NCBI RefSeq assembly: GCF_009914755.1
Contig: NC_060944.1
Origin: the human T2T-CHM13v2.0 reference genome, Homo sapiens
Direction: 5' to 3' (one strand)
Length of the DNA stretch: 64,000 nt
Shown: positions 31,441 to 47,471 of the stretch, in pieces
How positions within the stretch are numbered: the stretch's first letter is position 1
Layout: every line of letters starts with the position of its first letter
The notes under the pieces: model-generated
What the model saw: the letters and a program-made list of their open reading frames with translations, nothing else
The model's database searches: none
What the model was told of the DNA's origin: nothing
Translations under genes and position numbers: made by a program

Positions 31441-31590
31441 TCTTTTTATTTATTTTATTTTATTTTTTATCATAGAGACAGGGTCTTGCTGTGCTGCTCA
31501 GGCTGGTTTCAATCTCCTGGGCTCAAGCAATATTCCTGCCTCTGCCTCCCAAAGTGCTGAGATTACAAGTATGAGCCACCGCACCTGGCC
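31441..31590 (-). mobile_element. FLAM/AluJ monomer inside the DUXA pseudogene 3' UTR
   Basis: tagagacagggtcttgctgtgctgctcaggctgg...gagccaccgcacctggcc with a (TTTTA)n tail. Confidence 0.85.
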
Positions 31591-31879
31591 AAGTTGTTTA
31601 CCCTCTTCAGAAGGCTTAGCTTGCAGTTTCAGCAGAAGGATCGACTCCCAGGAAGACCGTGAGAGAGATTTGGGACCCAAGTTGATAATACTAAATACAC
31701 TGAACTTGAGTGTTTTCAGCATGTTCTGGCTCTAGGGAAGTGACAGTTGCTAGTGAGGTTGGTGCTATTGTATGTGTCTTCTGTACCTTGAAGTCCCTCA
31801 GAGATCTTGCCCCTGGTCTTCTTGTTCTAAGGACACAACAGGTTCCCTTTTTCTCTGAAGATGAAATCTAGATCTTTGA

Positions 31880-32329
<450 letters not shown>

Positions 32330-33888
32330 TGAGAGGTGCTGTAGGTAGTACGACACCGTCTGGCTTCTCTACCAGGTTGATCTTGCTTATGGCTCTGGCT
32401 TGACTCTAAAGTCTCAGGTCTGATCTTTCCTGGAATCTGTGCCTAGCTCTTCGATTCTGAAACCAAATCTGGATTCTGGGTGAATCTTCTGTATTGATTT
32501 CTAAAGCAAGTTTTTGTTTGATAGCATAATCTGAGTAAAGTTTTTGATTGAAGCTATTGATGAGAATTTTCAATTAATCTTCTGTGAATTTGGTGCAACT
32601 GCACCTATGACTTGTTGCTACCATCTTGTGTGAAGAGTTGTCTTCAGCCATGCTGGAAGAGAGTCCCAAGAAGGTCTTCATAGTGAAAGGATCCAGTTCA
32701 GAATCATGCCTTGTATTTGGTTGTCATGTGTCTTTAGCGTCCTTCATTCTGGATCATTTCCTCAGTCTTTCCTTGATTTTCATGACCTTGAGTCTCTGGA
32801 AGAATACAGGCCCATTATTTTGAAGCATGTCCCTTAATTTGGGTTTGTCTGATGTTTCCTTAAGATTAGATTCAGGGTGTGTGTGTGTATGTGTGTGTGT
32901 GTGTACATGCACTTGTATGTGCACAGGTGCTTGAAAGAAATGGTCCTATATTGCCTATGTTTTTGTGAAACATGCTTTCTTTCCCACCCCACAAGGGCAT
33001 TTGTGTGTTTACATATGCAGCTAGATCATTCATTTTAACTGCAAGATGGGATTCTGTCCTATGAATATACTGCATTTTGTGTAGCTATTTTCCTTTTGAT
33101 GGATTTATGGAGTTGGTCGCAATTTTTTGCTCTTACTAATGATGATGCAAAATTGCTTTTTTTACATCTCCTTTTGTGGATCTAGATTTTCTAGGTAATA
33201 GAAAATTGCTCCTTTATAATGTTTGTTATTGTTTTTAAAATTTGAAGTATTTCAAACATACTAGAAGTACAGAGAATGGTATAACAACACCTCACTTTAG
33301 CACATGTTAATATGGGCTCTACAATCTTTAAGTTGGTAGAATTATTTTATTCAATAAATGGCTAAACTGGGAGTTTTACAGGGACTTGTTCTAAGTTAGC
33401 ATCTCACTGAGTGAGAATTATTGTTAACGATAAAGTTGCCTCAAAACTATGTAGCTTTCTCCAAGAAGGAGATATTTTGGGAAAACTGTCAGGTTTAACA
33501 AACAGAACATGTATACCTCCCAGATGTGACCTGTGAGTAAAATACCAGGTAGGCTCAGCCAACTTTTCTTTTATGCTTCTTTCATGTCTTTCTTAATAGA
33601 ATTTAATAAAATGAAACAGGAGGAGGAATCATCAAAGGTTAGGAATAATAGACCTGAAAGAGTTGCTTGGAACCTGTGTAGATTCATTTCTCATCTTGGT
33701 TCCTTTACTTGGCATCAGGTGAGATGAGACATCCATTCAGGAATTCATTCCAAGTCTATTTCAGTACCCAGGATAGATTTGAGATAAATCAGTTCCATAC
33801 TGAGGTGTGACATTAGGCAAATCAAGGGAAGGAGGAGGAAAGGAATCAGGTCAGAGCTCAGCTTACTTTATTCAACCGTGGCGTATGG

Positions 33889-34208
33889 GGCCAGGCGCAG
33901 TGGCTCACATCTATAATCCCAAGACTTTGGGAGCCCAAGGCAGGAATATCGCATGAGCCCAGGAGTTTGAGACCTGCCTGTGCAACATAGCAAGACTCCA
34001 TCTCTACAAATAATAATAAAAAAAAATTAGCAGAATGTGGTGGTGCACGTGTGTAGTCCCAGCCAGTCGGAAGGCTGAGGCGAAGAATCACTTGAACCCA
34101 GGGGGTTGAGGCCACAGTGAGCCATGATCGTGTGTCTGGACTCCAGCTTGGGCAACAAAGTGAGAACTTGTCTGTAAATCAACCGATCAATGAATCAATC
34201 AATCAATC
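33889..34208 (+). mobile_element. AluJ with (AATC)n tail
   Basis: ggccaggcgcagtggctcac...ggttgaggccacagtgagccatgatc. Confidence 0.85.
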
Positions 34209-36269
34209 ACCTGTGGTACATGGAGTTCTATAAAGATAGGTAGATAGATGAGAGATAGAGAGAGAGAAATTCGGAACTTGGAGAGGAGTGCAGCATCAGG
34301 AGTTTTATTGAAGCATCTAATTTTCACCTGCAGAAATGGAAACAAGGAGGAACTGGTCTCCTAATTTACATACCCGCAGGGAGAAATCTGTGTGTAACTC
34401 TAGATTGCAGTGCCCGGAGCAGAAGCAGAGGCATGTGGCCAGTTGTGTCTTCCTACCAGTTCTGGAAAAATGAGATAGACTTAGATACCAGCTCCTGCAA
34501 GCTTTGGAGGTGTGGCCTCAATATCTAAAATGAAGTCTCTGTGTGCCTGTTGTTGGGTGTTTTTGTTTTTAATGCTTAATTACATTCCTAGAATTCCCAG
34601 GTTTGCCTGTTAATAGTGGAATACTATACAAAGGAACCACAGAGGTTTCTTAACATTTACACTACATTGGAATCCTATTCCTGGCTAAAATGGTGTTTTG
34701 CAGAAATGTGGCATTCATTTTTATGTTTTGGTACCTGGGTTATGGGTAAGGATAAAAGGTCTGTGGCCTTCAGCCTGAAAAATAACAGCAACAGCAGGAA
34801 CCACAACCGGGAGTCAGTTTGGGGCTTTGATGGGTTCCTTTTTCATAGTGTTTTAAGGACTATATATTTAAAGGCGCTAAAAATGAAATGTCAGTATTTT
34901 AGCATATGGCAGAGTGGACATGTTTCAGTCATCAGTTTAAGATTCTGGGCATAGTGTATAAATAGTAATTCCGAGGGTATTTTTTCCTTCATCCTTCCTA
35001 GAGATGTAGAATGCTTGGCATTTGAAATGAGGTCATCCAAGGCCTTGGATTGCTGCTACAGATAGTGGAGGCCTGTTGTTAGGCGTCTACCTCACATTTG
35101 TGTCCAAGGCCCTGGGAGAGACCAAAGCAGAAGCGAGGCCTCACTGGACAGGTACAAGGCACTGGCAGGCATGGCACACCTTCACTATGTACCCCGTCTT
35201 TGTGGCTGTCAACGCCTGTGACGAGTTGGCAGCTGGCTTTGTTCTGGCATTTGTTCTGTAGGTGGCTGAAATGCCCATCATGGAAGAATGTCCTCATGGG
35301 TTTGTAAGGAAAGGGGCTCTCCTTGTGCAGATGCCTGCTGCTGTGCACACACCTTCCCATGGAGCTTGTGGGCCGCATCTCAAGGGGGTCACTGGGCTTC
35401 CTGTAGTCCTGAATCTACCATTCACCCCATCTGTCTCTCTGTTAAAGGCTGGGGCAATACAAATGATGCTGAGTGTAGTTTTGTCCTTTATTTTTCCTCA
35501 TGAAAACCCTTGAGGAACTAAAGGAAGGAAAAGAGGAGTAGCCTAAAGCAGGTCTGGGAGTTGGGTGCCTGGGAATTCTGGCAGGACTCCTACTAAGTGA
35601 CTTTGGTCACATCACAGAGCCTCTCAGATTTGGTGTTTTCGTGTGTCAGGTTAGAGGGTTGGGCCAGGTGATCCTATGGGGCCTTTCTGGTGCTAGAAAC
35701 TGGTGACTCTGTGGTGTTGACAGTTGGCCATTCATAGGTGTGCCTTCCTCATGTGCCCTCATTGGCTGTCTCTGTTGACAGTGTTTTTCCTTAGACTTTA
35801 TTCTCCAGAAAAAACCCACAACCCAACATGGTTTTGAAATCTCCACTGGGGACCCTTAGGAACTTTGCAGGCATCAGTCTTTGTATGCTGATGGAAATCA
35901 GATGTCGAGAGAGGAGGGCATGCATGTTAATGAGCCATATGGACCCCATTGCATTTCAGGCTCATCAGCCCTGACCTTCTGAGATGAACCACTTATATTT
36001 GGCTTTAACTTGAGCTCAGCAGAACAAAATAAAGCTCTGACAATGGGGGAAAGGAATTCCAACTTTCTCTGCTCTTCTAATCAATCAAGCTGAAAGTCTC
36101 AAAGGCCAAGTATTTCAGAAATAACAAATGCAAATAACTTAATTTTCATCGCGAATATCTATTTTCCAAAATGTATTGGTGTTTTCATTGGCTTTGAGTG
36201 AGAGGCTCATTTCTGTACTTGACCCTTAACTTTACATATAGAAATTGGGGTGGTTGCCTCCATTTGGTT

Positions 36270-36905
36270 CCTTTTAAATAAATATTTATTAACTACTTTT
36301 CATGTGCCAGATTTCTGTGTGGTGGGTGCTAGAAAGAGTGATAAGCCATGGTTTTTTTCTTCAAGAGCTTGTCCCTTAGTGAGATGGAAGTCACATTGGG
36401 GCAGTTCCGAGAGGATGTTATTTGCCTGGTGCTGAGGGAGTGAGTGGAATACAGGGAGGTTTGGTGGGGGCTTGGTCGTCAGAATAGGTGTCCCTGAGCA
36501 CAGAACAGATGTCTTAGTTGCATCTCGAAGGTTGAGGAAGAGGCAGCTGGGTCTGAAAGCTTGGGGCAAGGGTGGTGCATGCCCAGAAGATCAGGACACG
36601 AGCATGGAGGCTTGAACCTCCTGGGGAATGAAAGCAGGTGAGTCTGATGGGGCAAGAAGGCAGGGGGTGGGGAGGATGATGAGGATGGAGAGGCAGCCAG
36701 ATGTGGCAATGCTGTGTCCTGGTAAGGAGCTTGTACTTTTGTTTTTTGGCGGTGGGCAGTGGGCAGCCACTGAGGAGGGATTTGCAGTGAGGGGAAGGTC
36801 AGAAGTAGTCCTCAGCTGTGACCCTCTTGTAGCAGGATGGCAGATAGATTGGACTGGGCAAGGTAAAGGAGGCAGAAAGACCTGAAAGGTGAGAACTGCT
36901 GCACT
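36270..36905 (-). mobile_element. L2 fragment
   Basis: aaatatttattaactacttttcatgtgccag...ggtaaggagcttgtacttt...gggcagccactgaggagg. Confidence 0.6.
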
Positions 36906-37282
36906 GGGCCAGGGTAGAGAGGAACAGAGCAGGAACAGATGGGCAGGGGCCAGGGGAGGGTGGTGTCATCAACCTAGATGGGGCCCACATCAGGAGCAGG
37001 GCTTTGAAAAGATCTCTTCTGTTCCCTGAATCACTGTTGGCCCTGCAGGACCAGTTGTTCTCTTTGTTCACCTGATCCCTTCTCTTTGGTGCTGATAATC
37101 TCCCTCAAATAGCCAGTGGCCCTTCATTGTTGGCTCATATTATAGATAAAGGACCAGGTCACGGGTATAGGAAGCTGGTGCAGTCTTCTCTGATACCATG
37201 GGAGGCCTTGCTGGGAGGCCAACTGCAGGATCTGTGGCTGTTGGTGGGCAGGTGTGCTTAGTACTTGGTAGCTTTGACCTAA

Positions 37283-37440
37283 GCCACTGGTTTTCAACCT
37301 TGAATGTGCATTAGAATCACCTGAGTTGCTGTGAAAATTCCCAGTGCATAGGCTGTACCCCAAGCCAATGACACCAGATTCTCTGGGGATGGGACCAGAG
37401 ATGGTTGCATCTGCAGCTGAGTTTGGGAGCAATGATCTGG
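37283..37440. mobile_element. MER5A-type MITE
   Basis: cactggttttcaaccttgaatgtgcattagaatcacctg...gagtttgggagcaatg. Confidence 0.6.
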
Positions 37441-37782
37441 GATGTACAGCGAGGGACCAGGATGACAAGAGAGTGCCCAGTGCCTTGCTTGGGGACCTTT
37501 TTCCTAGGTCATCCATAGGCTGAATTAGAGCATTTTCAGGTCTCAGTGTAAAATGAAAAATGCCAGACTCCTTGTTCAAAAAGCAGTAGAAAAGTACTTT
37601 TAAAGGCACTAAAAGGCAAAGCATTTTCTCTTCTTTCATCTCTCTCTCTTCCTCCTCCACTTGTCATGGTGCTTCTATTTTCTATTTTAAGTCATTATAA
37701 CCAAGGACAAATAAAAAATTTAGATTATTGGCGTGAATTTTACCATTTATATTGTGCAGTGCCAGTTTTAAATGAAAATTTA

Positions 37783-38082
<300 letters not shown>

Positions 38083-38120
38083 TTACACAGTTTGTATTTT
38101 GTAGCTCCTACATCATATGA

Positions 38121-38613
<493 letters not shown>

Positions 38614-38945
38614 AGCCATTCATCTTTCTTAGAACACCATTGCTCTTTCTGTGTTCAAGGCAAGTTCTGGTTCAGATGGAAAGTGTGAGCTCTTGGGGCT
38701 TTCAACACCCCCTTACTCAGTTGTAGAAGTAACACGCTTACTGTAAATGTGAGTTGAGTGTCGCTGAACCCCCATGCGTTGTGGGCCCACCCAGCGCTGT
38801 GCTCATGGAATCCCAAGTGCTATGCTCAGTAGGCAGCAGAGAAAGGTGTCAGACCCCCATATTGTGTGTATCACCTCCGCTCATGCTCATGCGCCACAGT
38901 CCTGTTGGACTTCACCTACAAAACACACATTCGAAGGTAAAATTG

Positions 38946-39271
38946 GGCTGGATGCAGTGGCTCACGCCTGTAATTCCAGTACTTTGGGAGGTGGAGGCAG
39001 GTGGATTGCTTGAGCCCAGGAGTTTGAGACTAGGCTGGGCAACACAGGGAGACGTTATCTTTACAAAATTTAAACAAAACAACACACAAAAAACCTAGCC
39101 CACTGTGGTGGTGCATGTCTGTAGTCCCTGCTACTCAGGAGGCTGAGTTGGGAGGATTGCTTGGGCCCAGGAGGTCAAGGCTGCAGTGAGCTGAGACTGC
39201 ACCACTGAACTCCAGTCTGGGTGACAGAGCAAGACCCTGTCTCAAAACAAAAACGAACACAAAAACAAAAC
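38946..39271 (+). mobile_element. AluJ
   Basis: TSD aggtaaaattg at 38935-38945 and 39272-39282. Confidence 0.88.
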
Positions 39272-39819
39272 AGGTAAAATTGTTAACAGTTTCTACATGG
39301 CTATAGCAGAGTATTTAACTAAGTGCAGAACCAGTTGAGTGCGAGGCCCTGTGTGCTTGCTCAGGTCACTTGCCTGTGAAATCAGCCCTGTCACCCTGTC
39401 ATGTTGCAGCCTATCACGGCCCCGTCCTCCCTGCCCACATCCTGGCCATCCTTCTCCATGATGAAATCTGCCCTGCTGCTCTGTACTCCTGGCCTGCACG
39501 CTGATCACCCTACTTCATGCTGCAGCTGCCCTGCACTGAACCCCCAGTGCCCCATGCTGCTCCACTTCTGATTTCCTTTGTCAGACTTATCTTTTAAAAT
39601 ATTGTCACTGTATCTATTGGTTAGTTACTTTTTACATTTATTGTCTCTTTTCCCTGCCAAAATATAAGTTCCCCAAGGGCAGGGATCTTAGACCAATTAT
39701 GGGAAAGCAAGAGGCAGCTCAGAATTGACTATGTGCTATTTGCTGTGTAAGGTTGTAACATGGGATAAAGCAGGCATTACAAACTAAAGGCAGATGGAGG
39801 ATTTCTCAGCAGGTAGTAA

Positions 39820-40465
<646 letters not shown>

Positions 40466-42134
40466 AACAGCTGGTAGTTTTAAAAATTGTTGGTACATAA
40501 TCTGCCTAGCTGTCTTTCTGTGGCTCCTTTGCCTCCAGTATATTCTGATAAAGAGAGGATTTGTCTTAACGCTCTCATGACTGCCCCCTTTGAGAGTTCT
40601 GTCACTGCATCTTGCTCCTGGCCAGCGTTAGAACTTTCAGGTCCCAGCATAGGCTGAGCCCTGTGCAGCTTGGGCCCCTCCCCAAAACGGTTCAGTGAAA
40701 TTTTTCTGGAGAGTGGTCTGAGCATCAAGACTTTTCAAAGCTCTCCAGGTGATTCTAAACTGTAGCTAAGATTGAGAACCGTGGTTTTAGTAGGCTCTGG
40801 CATCCTTTGGGATGCCAAAAGTCCAAGATCTAGGCTAAGAACACTGCCCCAAAAGATTAGGGCATAGGGCTTGCCAGATTCTTGTAGCTGGGCAGGGATG
40901 GAGGTAGATCTGGGGTCTTTCAAACCAGCCCACTTATTTAAAGTGGACAGAATGCTTTCCAGGGTATGTGTCCAGAGGATGAGAGGTAGGGCCGTTAGCC
41001 ACTGGTTCCTGTCCCCATTGGCAGTTCAAGCAGGCCAGCAGGCTTCCATGGCTTCTGAGAAGGCCTCATGGCAAAAAGACCTGCAGTGCCTGGTGAGGAG
41101 TACTGACTGTCAGCTGAGCTGAAGCTAACGTGGAACTGTCTGCAGTGGTTGGGGCTGACATAGGGCGGGCCCAGGGGGCAGCATGCAGGCACTGAGAAGT
41201 GTCTGGATTTGAGTCTTTGCATAAACTTATATACCCTGTCCTTGAAATTAAGTGCACTTCTAGGCATTTGGGGGATTCCCAATAAATATTAGCTGGAAAA
41301 TAATAGCTATAAAAATATTTTCTAAAGCAATAAAAGAAAAATGCCATTTTGGTTTTATTCAGTTTACAATCTTTAATAAGGTAGAGTAACTCCTAGGATT
41401 AAAAGTCAGTCACAATCTTGGACAACATTTTTACTTTCTGGTGCGTACTTGGCTCCTATTCAGGAGCTGGCAGGCTGAGTCTGGAGGGGCCCATCCAGCT
41501 TTTAGACCAAGGCAGGTGCAGCCTGGAGGGCCTCAGAGGACCAAAGGACCCTTTCAGGGATACACGGGTAACACTCCTAGCTCCACTTTTGAGCAGTGGG
41601 TCTCTACCTGGGCTGCCTTGTCCTGTGTAGTCTTAGGGGTCTGGCACCCATAAGCGGACTCTGCTAGCTTTGACATTTCCATCCCGCTGGAGCACTTTGG
41701 TCTCATTTTTGATGAAGCACTCTCAACTCCAGCTTGTAGACCTGTTTTGGATATCAGGAGTAGCATCCGAATTTCCATCAGTATGAAGCAGTAGAAAGGG
41801 AGACACAATAGGAAAAATGCTTTGTAGACTGCAAAACTCTATGCAGATATGGGGTGGGACTAAAAATAGTATGATAAATTGTGGATTTTTGCTGAATTTA
41901 GAACAGAATGATGGATGCTTTCATGTCTGTTTAGGGACTAAATGGCACTGGGGAATAGAGGAGAGAGTTGTTCAGGAGCAGTTGTTGGCTGACTTGCTTA
42001 AGAAACAGAATTTTTGCCAGTGTGTCTGAGACTTCCTGAAGCAAAAAGGGATCACCCAGCTGCAGCTTGGGGCTTTTAGCAGGTGGGTTGTGGCCACATG
42101 GCATTGACTTAATTAATTAATTAATTAAAGAACA

Positions 42135-42421
42135 GGCCAGGCACAGTGGCTCATGCCTGTGATTCCAGCACTTTGGGAAGCTGAGGTGGGCATATTGCTT
42201 GAGCCCAGGAGTTTGAGAAGAGCCTGGGCAACATGGTGAAACCCTGTCTCTATAAAAAATTAGCTGGGTATTATGGCATATGCCTATAATCTCAGCTGCT
42301 TGGGAGGCTGCAGTGGGAGGATCATCTGAGCGTGGGAGGTTGAGGCTGCAGTGAGCCAAGATCGTACCACCAAACTCCAGCCTGGGTGACAGAGTGAGAC
42401 TCTGTCTCAAGACAAACAAAC
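42135..42421 (+). mobile_element. AluJ
   Basis: ggccaggcacagtggctcatgcc...gaggttgaggctgcagtgagcc. Confidence 0.87.
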
Positions 42422-43131
42422 AGACTCATAAATTAGCTGTCTTTGAACTCAAATATTAGTCTAAAGTATGCTAATATGTGAAAGTAATATGTTGATTTTT
42501 GAGTGTGAAATAAGAATACTCTAAAAATTAAAGTAAGCTTATGAAATTCAAATAATTTTTACTTATTAGTGGCTTATAATTACTGTGAAAGGTGTATGAT
42601 CTAAACAGACAAATAGCATACTTGTTTAACAATTAGACAGTGGTTAATTCATAAACTTCTAATCAGACATCTGTCTTTGGATAGTAGCTCTGGCATTCTT
42701 TCCAAAAGTTTATTTACTAGTTAAAAATGAAATGTTAGAAAGCTGTTGTTTTGGAAATGTATAATTCCAAAAGTAAACCTTGCTTTTGAAAAATGAAATT
42801 GTTATATGTGAAGGAGGGTTATAATAACAGAGCATCATTGTTAATAAAAACACATTTGAGAACAAACAGTTTTAAAGTTTCAAATCCATGCACATGACCC
42901 TCACAGCCATCATGAGAGGGGAGGGGCATGGGGATGGCCTCAAATGACTTGTTCAAGGTCATGTGACATGGCTAAGTGAGAGAGCTGGACCCCAATAGAA
43001 AACAGTCTTTCAGGCTGCACTGCTTTACATTTTTTTCTGACTGAACTTCGTTAAATATGATTTCTTTCCAATTTATAATATGGTCTGTTTAAACAAATAA
43101 AACTCCAGAATTTCTCAGACCAGTGGGTGGA

Positions 43132-43477
43132 TGATATGTTTTGGCTGTGTCCCCACCCAAATCTCATCTTGAATTTTATGATAGCTCCCATAATCTTCCC
43201 ATGTTGTGGGAGAGACCCAGTGGGAGGGTTTTCCTGTGCTGTTCTCATGATAGTGAACAAGTCTTAGGAGATCTGATGGTTTTATAAAGGGCAGTTCCCC
43301 TGCACATGTTGTCTTGCCTGCCACCATGTGAGATGTGCCTTTGTTCCTTCCACTTGTGCCATGATTGTGAGGCCTCCCTAGCCATGTGGAACTATGAGTC
43401 CATTAAACCTCTTTTTTAAAAAGAAATTACCTGGTCTTGAGTATTTCTTTATAGCAGTATGAAAATGGACTAATGCA
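43132..43477 (+). mobile_element. THE1B solo LTR with an internal deletion
   Basis: tgatatgttttggctgtgtccccaccc...ggactaatgca; TSD gtgg(a/c); about 20 bp missing after gtgggagg; ATTAAA at 43402-43407. Confidence 0.88.
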
Positions 43478-44764
43478 GTGGCACTGGGTCCTCCAGGAGT
43501 GAGCTGCTCTGGAAAGTATTCAAGTCCTTGCCATTTGTTCTTCGAAGGCCAGCTCAGTTCAGTGTAGTTGCAGGGGTTTACAGGTCTATCTGTGGACTCT
43601 GTCCCCAAAGCTTGGATGGTGTTAAGGAGAGTCTCTCAGTACCTGTGTGTAAAGCCATTGTTCAGTGCTTACCCATTCTGCTGTGTTTCTCCAGGCCAGA
43701 GCTCTGGGAGTCACACTGGCTCATCTCCAGAACCTGTATTTTTCTCTGTCAGAAACATTCGCTATATTTGATGGGCTGAGAAAAATAATCTATTCAACCT
43801 GAGAAAGCTCATTAAAAAAAAATCTGTTGAATAAAAGGTTAAGTTGGTAAGGGAGGCTTTGGTTTTATACATACGGGAATAAAAGTCTCTTACATTGCTA
43901 AAAAACCCTTTGTCTTTAAAAGCATCAATCAATATTAACAGTGCTTTTAAAGTGAGATTACATTATTTTAGAAAGTAATCATGATTCAGAAAATTAATAA
44001 ATGCTTATGAATCATGCTTATGTATTTCATTTTAATCTGTAGTTTGGAATAAAGTTATTTCAAAGAGTGTTTTTGGTTATTAGAATGTTTAGCTATGTTA
44101 TGATATAACACTTAAACTTAATTTCAGTAACAACAAAACAAGAACCCATAATTTTAGGATCTGTAATACAGCCTAGGAAATGAGGTCTGGTGGGAATGCT
44201 TCCAATTTAGTATCTTTGTTTTTCAGAGAAGGTTATGAACTCTCTTCAATTAATCCAGATACAGATAGCTTCGATTACTACTGAATTTATGTGAATGATT
44301 ATAGTAGACTAATGAGTTAATCTGTTAGCAACCCATTCTGACCTGTGATGTACTAGGCCAGTTGCTTTATCTGTATGAGTTAGTTTTCTTGCTTCTTTTA
44401 GTGAGAGTGATAATTTCTGTTTGTTGCAAGGGTAAGTCTGTTTTAATTATGGCAATTTTTTTCTGAAATACTTACTTTTAAAACTTTGTATTATAGAAAA
44501 CTCCAAACTCACATAAGTAGAGGGGGTAGTATAATGGACCACCATGCACCTGTCATCTTGTATCAGCAATTATCAGCCATCACAGAAAGTGCATGGGCGT
44601 CCCTGTGAAATGGCAGGGCTGTAAGCGTGGACAATTGAGAGCCATGCTGGAGGGAAGCATTGTGGGTGCAGCACACATCACGTCAGGGGCAATACCTGGG
44701 TGTCCCCAGAGGGTATTTCATTGAATGGCCATATTCTTTTCCTAAATGATGGGCATTTCATTTG

Positions 44765-45082
44765 TTTTCTTTTTCTTTTTTTCTTTTTACTTTTTTTTTG
44801 AGAGGGAGTTTCACTCTTGTTGCCCAGGCTGGAGTGCAATGGCGTGATCCGGCTCACAGCAATCTCCGCCTCCCAGGTTCAAGTGATTCTCCTGCCTCAG
44901 CCTCCCGAGTAGCTGGGATTACAGGCATGCGCCACCACACCCAGCTAATTTTTTATGTTTTTAGTAGAGACGGGGTTTCACCATGTTGGCCAGGCTGGTC
45001 TTGAACTCCCGACCTCAGATGGTGCACCTGTCTCAGCCTTCCAAAGTGCTGGGATTACAGGTGTGAGCCACCACACCTGGCC
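44765..45082 (-). mobile_element. AluSq/Sp-like
   Basis: TSD tcatttgttttcttttt at 44758 and 45083. Confidence 0.9.
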
Positions 45083-46671
45083 TCATTTGTTTTCTTTTTT
45101 TTCCCTAACACAGGCAGTGTGGCAGTATTTTTCTATGTAAATATTTGCTTACTTCTGTTTTCTTTGTAGGAAAATGGAGGAAACATCTAGAAATAAAGAA
45201 GGCTTGGATATTTTCTTTCTTCTCTACAAATATTTTATTGTGACTTGATAATTTTTAGCACTTTGGCTTTTTTCTTAGTTCTAGGTTAATTATTCTCTAA
45301 ATGGAACTGTCTTTATAGGGATTATCTTAAGAAATGCTAGTTGTCACAGCACACAGACTCAGAAATCTCTATGGCTTAACACAATAAAAGTTAATTTTGC
45401 TAAAGTACTACACGGTTTGGCAAGAGTCTACTCCATCTGTTGACTCAGGAATCCAGTCTCCATTAGCTTGTGTCACCACCTGGTGACAGAGGAACAGGGA
45501 TCTGGAGTCACCTCACTGACTCTTACACATCACCTCTGCTCATGTTCCCATTCAGTTCTTGGGAGGCTGGCAGGTAACACGAAGGAGCACATGGATGCTG
45601 GGGGAGCACTATGTCTGCCTCGCTCCTCTGGTCGTCAGAGTAGGTGCCATTGTAGATTTGACAGCTCTTGTCCCTGCAGCCCTCACATAGCTAACACCAC
45701 ACCCCATTCACTTGAAGTCTTCTGTTTACCAGGGAATCGGAGGTTTGAAATCAAGCTTAGACTCCACACGTGTCTCAGTACCTTCCTTAGTCGTGGCCGT
45801 GGCAGAACAGCCTCTCCAAGTGCATCCTGGAAAACCGGCATCAGAGCCTTTCAGTAAATGGGCTTAGTGTCATTTAAATTTTAATGGCAATATTCTTTTT
45901 TTGTTGTTACTTTAAATAAATTCTAGTTTTTAAACTTTTTAATTTTGAAATAATTTGTCATACAAAAAAAGTTGCAAAAATAGGATGCAGATCACCTTTA
46001 TACCTTTATTCAACTTTCCTTAATGGTTGTTTTTTTTGTAACTATAATATAATGATCTAAACCAGGAAATTAACATTGATACAACACTAATCCACAGATC
46101 TTCTTTGAATTTTGTCAAAGGCAATACTATTATAAGTAAAGGAAAAGCCGTTCTCAGGTTCCAGTTTGCACATCCCATCACCTATGTGTGGTCTTTCTTT
46201 GGTCACGGGGACCCCTTACTCAACAAATGAGCAGGATGCGCTGAGAGTGCCTACTTTGCCGATTAACAGGTAACCTAGCACTGGGCCTTTTGTAGTTCAT
46301 GCATTACTATTTTTGCATTACTACTCTGTTGGCAACATGCTGAAAAAAAACAAGGGGAAAGGATAATAGCCCTTCTTATTTATTAGAAAATAGACAAAGA
46401 ACCTCTAGTAATTTTGGAGACTTTGGAGATAAAAATGGTCTAAAACTCAGACCATCACTTTTCTGCAATCTTTCCATTTCTCTTGGCCAGAGATAGCACC
46501 TCTAACCTTAGCTAATTGGGTTGCCCAAATGTGGGCTTGGCCAACAAAAGGAGCAGAATGAGGGAGTCCAGATCGCTCAGCAGAAAATAATTCTCACCAC
46601 TGCCTTAATTCAAGTCAGCAAGCACTTATTGTCTATTGAGTGCTTGGAATCTTAGAAAGAAATACAGATAT

Positions 46672-47055
46672 GTCTATTAGTCATCTATCACTGTGTAACA
46701 GATTACCTCAAGCTTAGTGGCTTAAAACAATAACATATAGTATCTCATGTAGTTTCTGTGAGCCAGGAATTCAGGAGAGGCTTTCTGGGCAGTTGGCAGG
46801 AGGTTCAGTTCTTCTCCACGTGGGCCTCCCCATAGGCCTGCTTGACGTGGCTTATGACATGGTGCTGAGTGAGCAGTTCAAGGTGGAGGCTACAGCGTCC
46901 TTCAGGGCCTCGCCTTGCAAATCACACACACATTTCCACAATATTCTATTGGTTACAGAGGTCAGCCTTACTCAGTATTAGAGGGGAGTACACAGGGCCT
47001 GAATACCAGGAGGCGAGGATACTTGGGGCACATCTTGGAGGCTGGCTACCACAGT
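46672..47055 (-). mobile_element. MLT1 LTR
   Basis: tattagtcatctatcactgtgtaacagattacctcaagcttagtggcttaaaacaat...catcttggaggctggctaccaca. Confidence 0.75.
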
Positions 47056-47201
47056 GGGAGAGAGAAGTGGCAAGGCTCTGTGATACTAAATAGGTTTGCT
47101 TGTGAAGCATTATTTCTGTCTATAAAAAGTATTTATTAAGCCCCTTTCTGTGTAGGTATCTGGGGGAAGAACATTCTAGGCAGAGGGCATAAGAGTCTGA
47201 G

Positions 47202-47202
<1 letters not shown>

Positions 47203-47250
<48 letters not shown>
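47203..47250. repeat. (TG)24 microsatellite
   Basis: Perfect dinucleotide run. Confidence 0.95.
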
Positions 47251-47253
<3 letters not shown>

Positions 47254-47351
47254 CCCCCACCCCTGTGTGTTGTTGTTGTTGTTTTTAAAAGATTTAGCTA
47301 TAGGTCTGAATACCAAGCTATAGCTAGTGTCTCTTCTATTTATACTTAATT

Positions 47352-47471
47352 TCTTTTTTTTTTTTTGAGACAGAGTCTCGCTCTGTCGCCCATGCTGGAG
47401 TGCAGTGGCGCCATCTCGGCTCACTGCAAGCTCCGCCTCCCAGGTTCATGCCATTCTCCTGCCTCAGCCTC
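47352..47471 (-). mobile_element. Severely 5'-truncated AluY (partial right arm)
   Basis: ctgcaagctccgcctcccaggttcatgccattc; TSD tattt(a/g)tacttaatttct at about 47337 and 47476. Confidence 0.85.
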
